Source: a virus (taxonomy: Duplodnaviria; Caudoviricetes). Taken from it: DNA of 64,000 nucleotides. This document shows positions 53,645-63,953 of the stretch, piece by piece; within the stretch, counting starts at the first letter, position 1, and each line of letters begins with the position of its first letter. The notes below the pieces were generated by a model, which worked only from the letters and a program-made list of their open reading frames with translations, ran no database searches and was not told where the DNA came from. The position numbers and the translations under genes were made by a program. The stretch spans positions 1 to 64,000 of IMG/VR virus record IMGVR_UViG_3300021082_000020. One strand, written 5' to 3'.

Positions 53645-53827
53645 TTATCTCCTGACTGTGCAGCGTTCCATTTGGATAATATTTCGCGCCAGTTGTCGGC
53701 AGGCGGTTTCGGCATTGATCGCATCGATCTCGTAGCGAGAATAAAACGGCGGGCGTTCAGTCACAGTCGTCACGATGCAGCTGGATAACAAGACGGCGAG
53801 CAGCACCAGGGCGGTGGCGTTAGGCAT
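53645..53827 (-). CDS. Small lipoprotein, o-spanin candidate, copy B
   Basis: Lipobox LSSC; mature part differs from copy A by one residue. Confidence 0.7.
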   Translation of the reverse strand: MPNATALVLLAVLLSSCIVTTVTERPPFYSRYEIDAINAETACRQLARNIIQMERCTVRR

Positions 53828-53993
53828 GGATCACAAAACCGAAAGCATGCCAGCCCAGCAGGAACAGCAGCACGAAGAACAGTAAGTTGCTGGCGTGGAT
53901 GGCCCAAGGGAATTGTCCCGGCGAGTAGGTGTTAGTGATCCAGCTAAAGAACCACAGCACCATCAGAACCCAAAACAATAAACCTATCGACAT
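53820..53993 (-). CDS. Two-TM aromatic-rich membrane protein, holin candidate (copy B only; not in ORF track)
   Basis: Hand translation MSIGLLFWVLMVLWFFSW...LLFFVLLFLLGWHAFGFVIHA; same slot and GGGGG RBS as 5466..5669. Confidence 0.65.
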   Translation of the reverse strand: MSIGLLFWVLMVLWFFSWITNTYSPGQFPWAIHASNLLFFVLLFLLGWHAFGFVIHA

Positions 53994-54003
53994 GGCTAGC
54001 CCC

Positions 54004-54291
54004 CTAGCGTCGACGCGGAATCACCTTGTGGCCGACGAATTGCGGCTCGATCATATACTTGGTTTCGTCGATTGTAACCGGACCGCCAGGACTGATCGGC
54101 GTGCCGTCCGGCACCGTCACTGGCGTTGTCGGCGCCGGCGGCGGGTGCGTGGTGTCGTAGGCGGTCTTGGTCTCGATCGCCCGATTGATCGCATCGGCGG
54201 TCGCCACCTTCTCATTGAACACGTTGACGGGGCCGGAGGGCTCCAGCTCCCCGCCAACGCGCAGCTGTGGGTTTTTAGGCCACTCAGTCAC
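54004..54291 (-). CDS. Short form of 5679..6251 without the Ig-like domain
   Basis: Shared MT.WPKNP start and VPDGTPIS..KVIPRRR end. Confidence 0.7.
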   Translation of the reverse strand: MTEWPKNPQLRVGGELEPSGPVNVFNEKVATADAINRAIETKTAYDTTHPPPAPTTPVTVPDGTPISPGGPVTIDETKYMIEPQFVGHKVIPRRR

Positions 54292-54602
54292 TTAGCCTGC
54301 GGCTCCGATGGCGGATTGGGAGCCTGCGGGTTGTCAGGCGGCTGCCCCATCGGGTCGATGCCACCGTGCTGTTTCTTGGCCAGTTCGACCGGATCGGAGG
54401 TCTGCTCGGACTGGTCGCCCGCAGTGCGCCGCGGATCCGGGTGCTTTGTTGCAGTGCGAGGTTCGTCTTCGTTGTCGTCATCATGCGACTTCTTGGACAT
54501 CTTGGCTTTCCTCTTCTTCTTTCGGGGTGGGGCCGGCTTCTTTCGCGCAGTCACCTTGCGCTTTGGCGCAACAACCGGGCGTTTTCGCTTGGCCTTCTTC
54601 AT
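54288..54602 (-). CDS. Basic/acidic bipartite protein, copy B
   Basis: Homologue of 6248..6589. Confidence 0.6.
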   Translation of the reverse strand: MKKAKRKRPVVAPKRKVTARKKPAPPRKKKRKAKMSKKSHDDDNEDEPRTATKHPDPRRTAGDQSEQTSDPVELAKKQHGGIDPMGQPPDNPQAPNPPSEPQAK

Positions 54603-54632
54603 AACTATGCATCCTCCCTGTAGGTTGCAGCC

Positions 54633-54845
54633 TCATTTCATCCTTTCGACGATCGGCTGGCAAGACTTGGCCAATTCGGCGATCAGCGCATCACGCCGCT
54701 CCGATGCCGACGAGATGTGATAGAGCGTGAAGAACACCACGCCGAGGCAAACGATATTGATGATTACCAGCGGCAGTGCCAGCGGTCCCGCAGCCGCCAA
54801 TCCCTTGGCGATCTCGCTCGCGGCCTTGCCGGTATACTCGATCAC
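54633..54845 (-). CDS. Single-TM membrane protein, copy B
   Basis: Homologue of 6618..6830. Confidence 0.55.
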   Translation of the reverse strand: MIEYTGKAASEIAKGLAAAGPLALPLVIINIVCLGVVFFTLYHISSASERRDALIAELAKSCQPIVERMK

Positions 54846-55342
54846 TTTTTCCTGGCTTCCAGCGCCTTGATGCGCTTTTCCATAGCGTCGAGCCGCGCAC
54901 TGAGCGATGGCGGCGGCGGCGGCTGATCGCTGAACGTGCCGGTCGCGTGGTCGTAGACCTTACCACCGAAATCCTTCTGTGGGTTATCGCCAGTGTAACC
55001 GACGATCTCGATCACCCGCTGATTGATGGAATGGACAGCGGTCGGGTCGTAGGTGGCCGCGCCAACGATGCTCTGATCGCGCTGGCGGAAGATGTTGCAG
55101 ACCACGCTGCCGGGCTTGAAGTTCGGCACCGGCTTGGGCCGGTCATCGACCAGCAGCTCGCCGGTGGTCGGGTGGTAGGTCGGCGGCTTGGGCGGCTGCA
55201 TCAGCAGGAAGTTGGGCCGGACGTAGTCGTACCAATCGACGCTATCGGCCTCGCGCCTGGCGTAGATTGTCCTGGCCGGCGCATCCTTCTGCGGCTTTGC
55301 CGGCTGGTATTGGATCCACACGCCGTGGTCGATGATTTCCAT
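54842..55342 (-). CDS. Tail fibre assembly-like protein, copy B
   Basis: Homologue of 6827..7345. Confidence 0.55.
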   Translation of the reverse strand: MEIIDHGVWIQYQPAKPQKDAPARTIYARREADSVDWYDYVRPNFLLMQPPKPPTYHPTTGELLVDDRPKPVPNFKPGSVVCNIFRQRDQSIVGAATYDPTAVHSINQRVIEIVGYTGDNPQKDFGGKVYDHATGTFSDQPPPPPSLSARLDAMEKRIKALEARKK

Positions 55343-55344
55343 GG

Positions 55345-56637
55345 TCAGGCCGCTTCCGATGCGTAGTAGCCGCCGGCAGTCTTAACCTGAAGCACCCGGT
55401 AGCGTTGCGTTAGAAAAGACCCACCGAAGCCGCTCAGTTGGGCGCCGCTGCCGCCGGTCTGGCAGCCGGTCGGCCCATACGGCTCGGTTAGGCCCTCGTC
55501 GCTGCTGTGGACGTAGTCGCCAACATAAACCAGGCGGGTCTGGGTTAGCGGCTCACCTTCACGGGTGGTTAGAATCCTATAGTAGACGCCGCCACCGTGT
55601 GACCAGCCGCCCATATAGAACTGACCGTCGGTCGACATGCCGAGGTTAGCACCGAAATAGCCGGCGCAATGGAAGGCGAGTGTCGGATAGGGCGGCCCCT
55701 GGATCTGGACGCTGGACGGCGTTCCTGAAGCGAAGTTGACGCCGTTGTTGAACAAAGTGTGGTTGAGGTTAACCGGGAAGTTCGACCCGCCATTAGCATT
55801 AAGCATGCCGCTGAAAGTGCCGCCGACCGCGGTAAGCGTGCCGCCGACCGACAAGCCGCCGCTCGGCATAATGTAGCCGGCGCCATCAAAGTACAGGTAG
55901 TGGGCGTTGTTACTGCCGAGATACAGCACGCCGGAATTAGCACCGCGGTTCGCCCAAACGTCGCCGCCGACCTTCAAATCGCCGGTCATGGTGTCGCCGA
56001 TCTTGCTGACCTTGCCGCCGATCGCGGTGGTGTTAGCGGCGACCGCGGCGTCGACGTAGTCCTTGCGCACCGCATTGGCCGCAGCTGGCGTCGTTGGCAG
56101 GGTCAGGTGGCCGGTCATGGTCGAGCCGGCCTTGGCGACCTTCTCAAGCTCCAGCTCGGCGATCGCGTCCTGCACGTTGGTGGCGACGATATCGCCGGTG
56201 GCGGTCGACGGGACCGTGCTGGCGGCCGGCGGCGGCGGCGCGGAATCATCGACGTACTTCTTGGTGGCGGCTTCCAGGTTGGCGGTCGGCGGGCCGGCCA
56301 GAACCAACGGCCCGCTCAAGGTGCCGCCGGTCAAGAGCAGGTAGCCGGCGCCCGGCGCCTGCGAGGTCATGCGCCACTGCGCGAGATTGAAGGCGCCCGG
56401 CGGAATGGGGCCGAGCGCGACATAGATGTTGTCCTGGTAGACGACGAAGTCGTGCAGCGCGTATTGCGACCGCGTATCGAAGTAGCGGATCGCGATCAGC
56501 GCGAGCGGCACGCCGGCCGGGTCGCCGACGGCGACCTGGCGATTGGCGGTGTTAACCGCGATCTCGCCCTTCTCCAGCGGGTTGGCGAACGGCACGGTCG
56601 GGTTGTTGTCGCGGCGGTGGCGGTAGTGCGAGGTCAT
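55345..56637 (-). CDS. Tail fibre protein, copy B
   Basis: Homologue of 7342..8634, also 430 aa from MTSHY. Confidence 0.8.
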   Translation of the reverse strand: MTSHYRHRRDNNPTVPFANPLEKGEIAVNTANRQVAVGDPAGVPLALIAIRYFDTRSQYALHDFVVYQDNIYVALGPIPPGAFNLAQWRMTSQAPGAGYLLLTGGTLSGPLVLAGPPTANLEAATKKYVDDSAPPPPAASTVPSTATGDIVATNVQDAIAELELEKVAKAGSTMTGHLTLPTTPAAANAVRKDYVDAAVAANTTAIGGKVSKIGDTMTGDLKVGGDVWANRGANSGVLYLGSNNAHYLYFDGAGYIMPSGGLSVGGTLTAVGGTFSGMLNANGGSNFPVNLNHTLFNNGVNFASGTPSSVQIQGPPYPTLAFHCAGYFGANLGMSTDGQFYMGGWSHGGGVYYRILTTREGEPLTQTRLVYVGDYVHSSDEGLTEPYGPTGCQTGGSGAQLSGFGGSFLTQRYRVLQVKTAGGYYASEAA

Positions 56638-56639
56638 GC

Positions 56640-58661
56640 TCAGCTCCCCGGCTGCGTCGGCGGCGTGAAATTGGCCGTCCACAGTGCGCGGCCTTTGTTG
56701 ACCCGGAACTCATCGATGTAGCCGACGAACTTGTTGGCACCGTCATAATAGGCACCGACGTAGAAGTATCCGCCAGTTGACGGGATGACTTTGTCCGTTA
56801 TCGGTGTCGTCCCATCAGACACGCCGTTGATGTAGAACGTGATGCTGTTGTTACGGCAAACCACGGCGCAGTGCGTCCAGGCATTGAGTGGGATCGGCGT
56901 TGCCGTGGGATAGGCAACTTTGTTTACTGAACCTACCACAACATCAAACCGCAGCAGCCCCGCCGGGTTTATCCGCATGCTCCAACGGTCATTGTAGGTG
57001 TTGTTGGATTGATGATGCGCGGCGACAACGCCGTCGGCTGCCTGACGCGCAGACTGAAACACCCAAAAGTCTATCGTCCAATCATAGCCGTCGAGCGTCC
57101 AATCGGCGCTTGGGTAGTAGGCGATATAGCATGTGCCGTCGAACAGCGCCGAGCGGCCGCCAAACTTGCTCTGCACCGCAGACGTTCCCATCACCCCTGC
57201 AGTGGGTGTCGGGAAGATGCGCCGGTATTGCGAATTGTCTCTTATGTCTGCATCGAAATGCAGCAATAGGACCACCGGATCGGCGCCGTATTTGTACGGC
57301 GCATTCGGTGGCGTAAAGTTGGCGGTCCATAACGCCCTATCTTTGGTGATGCGTAATTCATCGATGTAGCCGTTGAATGGATAAGAAGTGCCGGCAAGCA
57401 TGCCGACGTACAGCAGCGATGACACCACCGGCAGCACCGGAGTTGTCAGTGGCGGGCCGCCGACACCATCGACGTAGATCTTATTTATCCTACCGGCCCG
57501 CACGAACGCGATGTGATGCCAAGTGTTGATTGTAAGACCGGGCGCAGCGGCGTAGACGCTGTAATCACCCCCAGCAGCCGCCTGCCGTTGCAGCATGGTC
57601 ATGTTGCCGTCACTGAGCAGCATCAGCAACCAGCCGTCGCCGGCCCAGTGCGTCGCAAGACACGCAGCTTGCCCTGCCGGCGGCCATGCCTGAATCCATA
57701 TCCACATGTCGATGGTGTAATCATCGCCGATCGACCAGTCGGCATGATCAGGGTACGTTATGTAACTGTTGGTGCCGTTGAGGTACAACCCACGCGAACC
57801 GCCGAATGGCGTCGGTGTAATGTTAGTGGTGACTGCGCCGCCTGCGGCAGTCGCTGCGCCGCGCTTGTACTGCGATGCATCGCCGAGATTGTCGAAGTGC
57901 ATCAACAGCTTTGTGTTTAGATCGGGGTCTGGCTTGTACAACACCAATGGTGATCCGGCAGAAGGCACCGAGAAGTTCGCGGTCCATCTGGCGATGCCGT
58001 TGCTGACGCGAAACTCATCGATGTGGCCGTAAAAGTAAGCGTAGCCGCCAGGATTGGGCCAGCAACCGACCATCGGGCCGTAAGTCGCATTGCTGAAAAT
58101 GCCGTTGCCGCCGACCGCCTGGGTGCCTTGCAATATGCCGTTGCGAAAGGCGTAAAACGTCGGGCCTTTGCGGACTAGTGCGCGGTGGCACCATGTATCG
58201 AACAGGCGACCGCCCATCGGCATCGAGGCGGCGAGGTTCCAGTTTGCCTGATCATTAGAGGCGTAAAAATAAGTGCCAGTGGCATCGCCCCAGCCAACCA
58301 ACATAGGCGAATACACGATACCAAGCGTATCCCAGGTGAACGAGGGACGATAAACATCCTGCGCGCCTTGCGCGTACTCCCACCAGTCAATGGTGAAGTC
58401 ACCGGAATATAGATTGAACGAGTTCTCCACGTTCACTGGCGAGTATGCATAAGCGTTAGCGGGGAACTGTGCGGACGCTTCGCCAGCGCCGCCGCCTATG
58501 CCAGTCGATGCAGGGAACGCCACATTGGAAGAAATAATCGGGCCGTTCTGTTTTGCCGAATAATCGATCGAACCGGCGGCATCGAAATGCGCGAGCCACG
58601 TCACATAGGCGTCGTTGTAGCGCGTGTCGTCGCCAGGATAATTGAAGCCCAGGCCGCTCAT
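56640..58661 (-). CDS. Triple LamG/ConA-like lectin adhesin (copy B only)
   Basis: Three repeats of L.HFD...TID.W...W.H.A.V...IDE.R...A.WTANF; ATGA overlap at 58661. Confidence 0.85.
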   Translation of the reverse strand: MSGLGFNYPGDDTRYNDAYVTWLAHFDAAGSIDYSAKQNGPIISSNVAFPASTGIGGGAGEASAQFPANAYAYSPVNVENSFNLYSGDFTIDWWEYAQGAQDVYRPSFTWDTLGIVYSPMLVGWGDATGTYFYASNDQANWNLAASMPMGGRLFDTWCHRALVRKGPTFYAFRNGILQGTQAVGGNGIFSNATYGPMVGCWPNPGGYAYFYGHIDEFRVSNGIARWTANFSVPSAGSPLVLYKPDPDLNTKLLMHFDNLGDASQYKRGAATAAGGAVTTNITPTPFGGSRGLYLNGTNSYITYPDHADWSIGDDYTIDMWIWIQAWPPAGQAACLATHWAGDGWLLMLLSDGNMTMLQRQAAAGGDYSVYAAAPGLTINTWHHIAFVRAGRINKIYVDGVGGPPLTTPVLPVVSSLLYVGMLAGTSYPFNGYIDELRITKDRALWTANFTPPNAPYKYGADPVVLLLHFDADIRDNSQYRRIFPTPTAGVMGTSAVQSKFGGRSALFDGTCYIAYYPSADWTLDGYDWTIDFWVFQSARQAADGVVAAHHQSNNTYNDRWSMRINPAGLLRFDVVVGSVNKVAYPTATPIPLNAWTHCAVVCRNNSITFYINGVSDGTTPITDKVIPSTGGYFYVGAYYDGANKFVGYIDEFRVNKGRALWTANFTPPTQPGS

Positions 58662-60367
58662 GCGATGAGGCTCCCGCACAGTATCCAAGTATCAGTATTG
58701 ATCTTCGACAACGTGCCACACGATCCCAGCTTTGGCAGCTTGCGCTTGCTGTCCTCCGAATAGATCGTAACACTGGCGGCGGGCGCTATCGTTGATGCGA
58801 ACGGTGCCGCCACCGTGAGGTCGATTTGCGCGCCAATGGGGATCGGCACGGTGGCATTTGCTGGCACCGTAATGGTCGAGCCTATTTGTATCACCAGCAA
58901 TTTGCCTGCGTCTGACAACACCAGCGTATAGGTTGGCGTAGCTATGTTATTGATTGGCCGCACACCGGCATCGACGTACTGCTTGGTGGCGGCACCAAGC
59001 GCCTGCGTTGGATCGCGGCGCAGATACATTTCCCCAGTAGCACGATCAAGTTGAAGTGCATTTGCCGCCCCAGATACGCCGTCGTCGTCGTAGCGCACCA
59101 ATGTCAAACTAGATCCAGCGTTGCCGCCGCTTTCGGCATCGCCACCCAATCGCCACAGCCAGCGCCGCTTGCCGTTACGGTTAAATCGGACATCAGCAGT
59201 ATTGCCGCCGAGAACATCATTAAGGATCAACAGCGGCGCTGTTTTATCAATTGTCAGATCGCCGGTCATCGTGTCGCCAGCCCTGGCGACAGCATAAGAC
59301 TTGGTGGCAACGCTGTTTGGCTGCGTCGGAGCTTGTGCGACGAGAACCTGTCCGCTTGCTCGATCTATCGTGAGCGGGGTGCCAAGCACAACGCCGTTGT
59401 TGTCGGCGCGGGTGATTGTAAAATTACAGCCGACATTGCCTGGACCTTCAGGAATGCCGTCACCTAAATTTATCGTCCAGCGCGTCTGGTAGTCTGACCA
59501 ATCGATCTTTGTGCCGACACCGCCTTCGATGGAGCAGGGTACGTTGGCCCCCGGCGGGCTTAGCATGCTGAAGTACGGCGCAGGCGCGATAACATTCACA
59601 CCTCCTTTGAAAAAAGACGAGCCGTCGCTGCCGATGCGCAGGCGCTCGGTGCCGTAGCTTGTTGAGCCGGTCTTGAAACACAGCGCCAACGGAACGCCCG
59701 CCCCCGCAACAGCATCGCCATCAACCGCAGCAAATATAGCGACAGACGTTTGGTAAGCTGATCCGTCGAAACCAGTGAACGCTATGCCACCAATCTCGCA
59801 ACCGGGTGTCAGCGCTAGCGGTGCCGCCGCTGTTCCCTGCGCGTATTGGAAATACAGACCTTCGGAGTAGAGATCGTCGTTGAAGTGATCGAATTGTCCG
59901 TAGGTCTGGTTGCCACCATAGTGACCGAGGATAAATCCCTGCGTGCCACCACCACCCGGCGGCGTCACATAAACAAAGCCGTCACTGCGATAAGAAAACG
60001 ATCCGGCGATGATGTCGATGCCAAGCGGCCCAGTCAGCGTGCCGCCGGTCAGCGGCAGATAATCGCCGCCGCCGCCGCCGGCGCCGCTGAACTCGGTCCA
60101 CTGCGCGGCGTTGAACGGGCCGGGCGGCACCGCGGCGATCGCCACGTAAAGCTTGCCGGTTTCGACCACCATGTCATTGGCGAGATAGCTGGCCCGCGGG
60201 TCGAAATAGCGGATCGCAATCAACGGCAGCGGTGTGCCGACGCCGACAACGTTGGCGTCGCCGACCGCGAGCTGCCGATTGGCGGTGTTGACCGAAAGCT
60301 CGCCCGGCTCGAGCGTCGGAAACGGATTAGCCGGGTTGGCGCTGCGCCTGTGGCGGTACTGTTTCAT
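58658..60367 (-). CDS. Tail fibre/adaptor protein, copy B variant
   Basis: N-terminus matches 12811..13677; longer shaft; C-terminal YTLVLSDAGK..TITVP..K..TDTW..G.L domain. Confidence 0.8.
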   Translation of the reverse strand: MKQYRHRRSANPANPFPTLEPGELSVNTANRQLAVGDANVVGVGTPLPLIAIRYFDPRASYLANDMVVETGKLYVAIAAVPPGPFNAAQWTEFSGAGGGGGDYLPLTGGTLTGPLGIDIIAGSFSYRSDGFVYVTPPGGGGTQGFILGHYGGNQTYGQFDHFNDDLYSEGLYFQYAQGTAAAPLALTPGCEIGGIAFTGFDGSAYQTSVAIFAAVDGDAVAGAGVPLALCFKTGSTSYGTERLRIGSDGSSFFKGGVNVIAPAPYFSMLSPPGANVPCSIEGGVGTKIDWSDYQTRWTINLGDGIPEGPGNVGCNFTITRADNNGVVLGTPLTIDRASGQVLVAQAPTQPNSVATKSYAVARAGDTMTGDLTIDKTAPLLILNDVLGGNTADVRFNRNGKRRWLWRLGGDAESGGNAGSSLTLVRYDDDGVSGAANALQLDRATGEMYLRRDPTQALGAATKQYVDAGVRPINNIATPTYTLVLSDAGKLLVIQIGSTITVPANATVPIPIGAQIDLTVAAPFASTIAPAASVTIYSEDSKRKLPKLGSCGTLSKINTDTWILCGSLIA

Positions 60368-60413
60368 TCATGACCCCCTCCTCAAGTCAGGGCCTGGTAA
60401 AACCTGGCAGTTT

Positions 60414-60806
60414 TTAGCGACGCCGGCCGCGGCTGGCCGCCGGATCGGTAAAAGTGAAATCGATCGTGTTGCTGCGAAGCCCGCCAGTGCGAACGCCGAC
60501 CGGACAAGCCGCCGGCACCGCAAACAGGCTCGGTTTGACGTTGGTGCGCACTTGCGTGTCGCTGAGCAGCGCCGTCGGCTCGTCGTTGCCGTTGAAAGTG
60601 ATGATAGTCGCGTTGTTGAAGCCGGTGCCGTCGACAATGAGCTGCAAATCGGCATCGCCGCAGGCGGCGGTGTCGGGATTGAGACCGTCGACCGTTGGCG
60701 TCTCCATTTGTGCAATCACCGGCACGCTATCGGATCCGCCAACATTCAATTTGGCCGGTCCGGTAATGGTCATGACCTGCGTGTCGTCGATATGATAGAT
60801 CGTCAT
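60414..60806 (-). CDS. IPT/TIG domain protein, copy B
   Basis: Homologue of 13719..14111; AGGAGA RBS. Confidence 0.75.
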   Translation of the reverse strand: MTIYHIDDTQVMTITGPAKLNVGGSDSVPVIAQMETPTVDGLNPDTAACGDADLQLIVDGTGFNNATIITFNGNDEPTALLSDTQVRTNVKPSLFAVPAACPVGVRTGGLRSNTIDFTFTDPAASRGRRR

Positions 60807-60820
60807 TTGCTCAATCTCCT

Positions 60821-61051
60821 CTAAAACGTGCCGCCGTCGAGCTGCACCCAATAACCGTCGATTCTGACATAAGCCTCGCCGTCGATCGGCGCTTCGCCGA
60901 TCCCACCGCCGCCGCCGCCACCGGAAACGACCGAAAACGCCGATGGGATGCGTTTGTTGGCGCTGGACGGGCCGATGTTGTTGATGACATTGCCGCCGCC
61001 GACCGGATTGGCGGTCGGCATCCACAATGCGACGCGCAAATTCTGGCTCAT
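60821..61051 (-). CDS. Small foldon-motif protein, copy B
   Basis: GIGEAPIDGEAYVRIDGYWVQL. Confidence 0.75.
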   Translation of the reverse strand: MSQNLRVALWMPTANPVGGGNVINNIGPSSANKRIPSAFSVVSGGGGGGGIGEAPIDGEAYVRIDGYWVQLDGGTF

Positions 61052-62460
61052 GGCGGTAGCACCACAGGAATATGCGGGCGAAACCAAACCGCCCAAAGCC
61101 GGCTGTCCGCCGGCGGGGCCGCGCTCATGGTCAGGATGTCGCCGGCCGCGGTGAAGTCGACCACCGGCTCTTGGATGATCCCATCCAGACTGACTTGCAA
61201 CTGCGCGCCAGTGCCGACATTGACCGCAACCGCCGGCGGGCCGGTGGTCGGGTCGATGTAGGTCATGGTGAACGCGGTTTTAACGCCGTCGGGAATGAGC
61301 GGCTGCAGTTTGAAACAATCGACCTTGGCGGAATTGATCTGATCGGGCGGAATCATCAGATCCCACTGCACGATCGCGCCGGCACCAGGCGCCTCAACCA
61401 AAGTCATAGCGTCGGTGGTGGCATTGACGGTGTAGTCGACCGTCGGCACCAGGCGGACGCCGTTTAGGTAAACGTCATGGCCTTCATTGGTGAACAGCGG
61501 CGCCAAACCGTTGCTATCAATGCCGCTGAAGGTCACCTGGCCGGCGGTCGCTACGTAAACGTAGCGAGCTCGGAAACCTGGCGCGACAGTGACGCCCGGC
61601 GTCTGCCAGGTCTCGCCATTCCAGATCATCACCGAGTTTTTGGTGGTATCGTAGTAGAAACTGCCGATCGCAAGCGGATTGGGAACGCTTTCGCCGGTGT
61701 TAGGATTGGTGCTGCCGGGCAGCGGCGGCTCAGCCCACGGGCCGAGGTAATAAAAACTGAAATTGCCGACCAATTGCTGGCAATAAACCGCCCACCACTT
61801 GGCCGACCACAAACCGCCGACGCCGCCCATGCCGGAAACCGGCTGATAGAACAGTCCCTGCGGGAATTTCGAGGCGTTGATGAAATCCAGCGCGTGGCTG
61901 TTGTCGACAACTGGCCCGCCGAGGTATTCGGCCCAAGCCAGCGCCTCATCTTTGGCGGCAATGGCGTTGTCGGACTGAGCGTGTGAATAATTAGCGGAAT
62001 TTTCCGACTGAATCGCCGCGGATTCGGCACGGTCGGCGGAATTTTCCGCGTCAGAGGCACTATCCAGCGCGTTGACGTTGCCGTGGCTAATCGCCGTGAG
62101 CATTTGTGCCGCGGAAATGGCCGCGGCTTCGGCATCTTGGGCGCGCAAATCGGTTTCGCGGCCGCTTTGCACCACGATGCTGATCGCATCGGCGGTTTTA
62201 TCAGCGGCGGCGACGACACGCTGCTCGATATTTTCGACTTCGCTGCGGATATGCTTGAGATCGAAGCTCAACTGCTCCTGGCTGATGCTGTTGTTGACTA
62301 TTTTGCCGTCGTCGCGGCGGACATCAGCGAGAGCTTGCTGGGTGGACGCGATCGCTTCGATCAAATTGTGGATCTGCGCATCCAAGAGATCCGCGGTAAT
62401 CTGGCCGCGCGGACGGTCGGAGAACAAAATTTGCTGCTTGGGCCGGACGATCGCTGGCAT
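61048..62460 (-). CDS. Tail fibre anchor/proximal protein, copy B
   Basis: 470 aa, colinear with 14339..15751. Confidence 0.7.
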   Translation of the reverse strand: MPAIVRPKQQILFSDRPRGQITADLLDAQIHNLIEAIASTQQALADVRRDDGKIVNNSISQEQLSFDLKHIRSEVENIEQRVVAAADKTADAISIVVQSGRETDLRAQDAEAAAISAAQMLTAISHGNVNALDSASDAENSADRAESAAIQSENSANYSHAQSDNAIAAKDEALAWAEYLGGPVVDNSHALDFINASKFPQGLFYQPVSGMGGVGGLWSAKWWAVYCQQLVGNFSFYYLGPWAEPPLPGSTNPNTGESVPNPLAIGSFYYDTTKNSVMIWNGETWQTPGVTVAPGFRARYVYVATAGQVTFSGIDSNGLAPLFTNEGHDVYLNGVRLVPTVDYTVNATTDAMTLVEAPGAGAIVQWDLMIPPDQINSAKVDCFKLQPLIPDGVKTAFTMTYIDPTTGPPAVAVNVGTGAQLQVSLDGIIQEPVVDFTAAGDILTMSAAPPADSRLWAVWFRPHIPVVLPP

Positions 62461-62520
62461 TTAAGCGTTTCCATCGTGCGGACGCCCATTTATCGCACAA
62501 AACCACGGAAAGGAAAGAAC

Positions 62521-63084
62521 ATGATCTCAGCCGAAGCGTTAGCCGCCCTGTCCGGCATCGAAAACGGCGCGCACTACAACGCGCTGCACACAACCGCACG
62601 CGAGTTGATCGCCGCCGGCTACGCTTGCGACAACTGGGGGCAGCTCGATTTAACCGAGGCCGGGCGGATCTATCTGCGGCGCGGGCAGTTTAGGATTGCC
62701 ATCACATCCGACGAGCAGGTCTGCGATTTGTCGGTACACATGATGGACGTGCCGAAGGTGCCGATCGATCGTCGACCGTCGAAGTTCTGGAAGAACCATG
62801 CCGCGGTCGACCTCGAGCAGCCACACCGCAGTCGCGGCGATTACGACACGATCGATCCAATGACGGCGCCGCACCGTGCGCGCAAAGCGGCCGAGCCGCT
62901 CGAGCTGGTCCCGGAAGCGCCGTCGCTTCCGCCGGTGCCGGCAGCAGAGCGACTGCCGGTGGCCGAGAGCCAACTGCAAAAGATGATGCGGGCTGCCGGC
63001 GTGGCGTCGGGCAAGACCGGCGTGTGGGTCAAAGACGAGTGGGTGGAGGAGTTCATCCGCGCGCTCGAGGGCGAAGACGAATAA
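62521..63084 (+). CDS. Conserved hypothetical protein, copy B
   Basis: Homologue of 15815..16345; AAGGA RBS. Confidence 0.7.
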   Translation: MISAEALAALSGIENGAHYNALHTTARELIAAGYACDNWGQLDLTEAGRIYLRRGQFRIAITSDEQVCDLSVHMMDVPKVPIDRRPSKFWKNHAAVDLEQPHRSRGDYDTIDPMTAPHRARKAAEPLELVPEAPSLPPVPAAERLPVAESQLQKMMRAAGVASGKTGVWVKDEWVEEFIRALEGEDE

Positions 63085-63423
63085 GGGTGGCACAGACAGG
63101 GTATTTTTAGGAGCAGATCCACCCTTCAGAAATACCCTGTCGCGTGTGCGGTACGGCGCGTGTGGCACACAGACACGCTTCAATTCACGAAAAATTTGCC
63201 ACGCAGCATTGCGGCTGCCGGCGCCCAGCCGACTCGGCCCCGCCAGGGGGCGGTACGATGCTAAGCTATTGATAACACTACGCTTTTCACGATGAATAGG
63301 CTCGATCGCCGCGGCCGCGCATGGTAGCATCTGTTTTGTAAACAGATGGTATAGGCCAGGTAACCCATTGATTTTGCTACGTTTGACCAGCTGCTTTGGG
63401 CGGGCTGGGATGCGTCTGGGATG

Positions 63424-63684
63424 CTATTTGCCCCATTCGGCGATCGCATTATCAAGCTCGGCCGCTGTCATGTCAGCGCCGCGGCGCCGCGCTAAGTCAT
63501 TGGTTTCGTTATCAAAATACTGCAAAAGCGTCCGGCCAGCGCTGGCTTTTGCTGCAGCGCTAGCTTCCTGGTCTTTAAGCACGTTTAGCAGGGCTTCCTT
63601 AACGATCGATCGTAGAGAGGCTTGCGCCTTTGAATCTGTCACGGGCGTTTCGGCTATTGCGATTAAACGCGGTTTTACCGGCAT
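63424..63684 (-). CDS. TerS candidate, copy B
   Basis: Homologue of 16594..16851. Confidence 0.45.
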   Translation of the reverse strand: MPVKPRLIAIAETPVTDSKAQASLRSIVKEALLNVLKDQEASAAAKASAGRTLLQYFDNETNDLARRRGADMTAAELDNAIAEWGK

Positions 63685-63931
63685 TGCGCTTTGCCTCTCT
63701 GATTCGCTTCGACGCTTGCATCATGTTGCCACCATGCCAGCGACAACACGGAACGCCCCGCATCGCTAGCTGGCCACACGGGCGCCCGCTATGGCGCGCG
63801 ATCGCCACACACCGCATGCGATTCGCATAATTCGGCTGTATGGCGTGCTTTGCCATGGCCGCTCGCCATGCCGCGTTGCCCGATTGTGGGCGCCGTTTAT
63901 TTTTCAAATTATTTGAATTTAGCACTTGCAT
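63599..63931 (-). CDS. HGGxSTG-like protein, copy B
   Basis: Homologue of 16742..17104. Confidence 0.7.
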   Translation of the reverse strand: MQVLNSNNLKNKRRPQSGNAAWRAAMAKHAIQPNYANRMRCVAIARHSGRPCGQLAMRGVPCCRWHGGNMMQASKRIREAKRNAGKTAFNRNSRNARDRFKGASLSTIDR

Positions 63932-63953
63932 TATGTCCCGATCGGGATATGTT
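63926..63953 (+). promoter_or_regulatory. Early promoter/operator, copy B
   Basis: Identical to 17099-17126; downstream leader differs. Confidence 0.6.
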
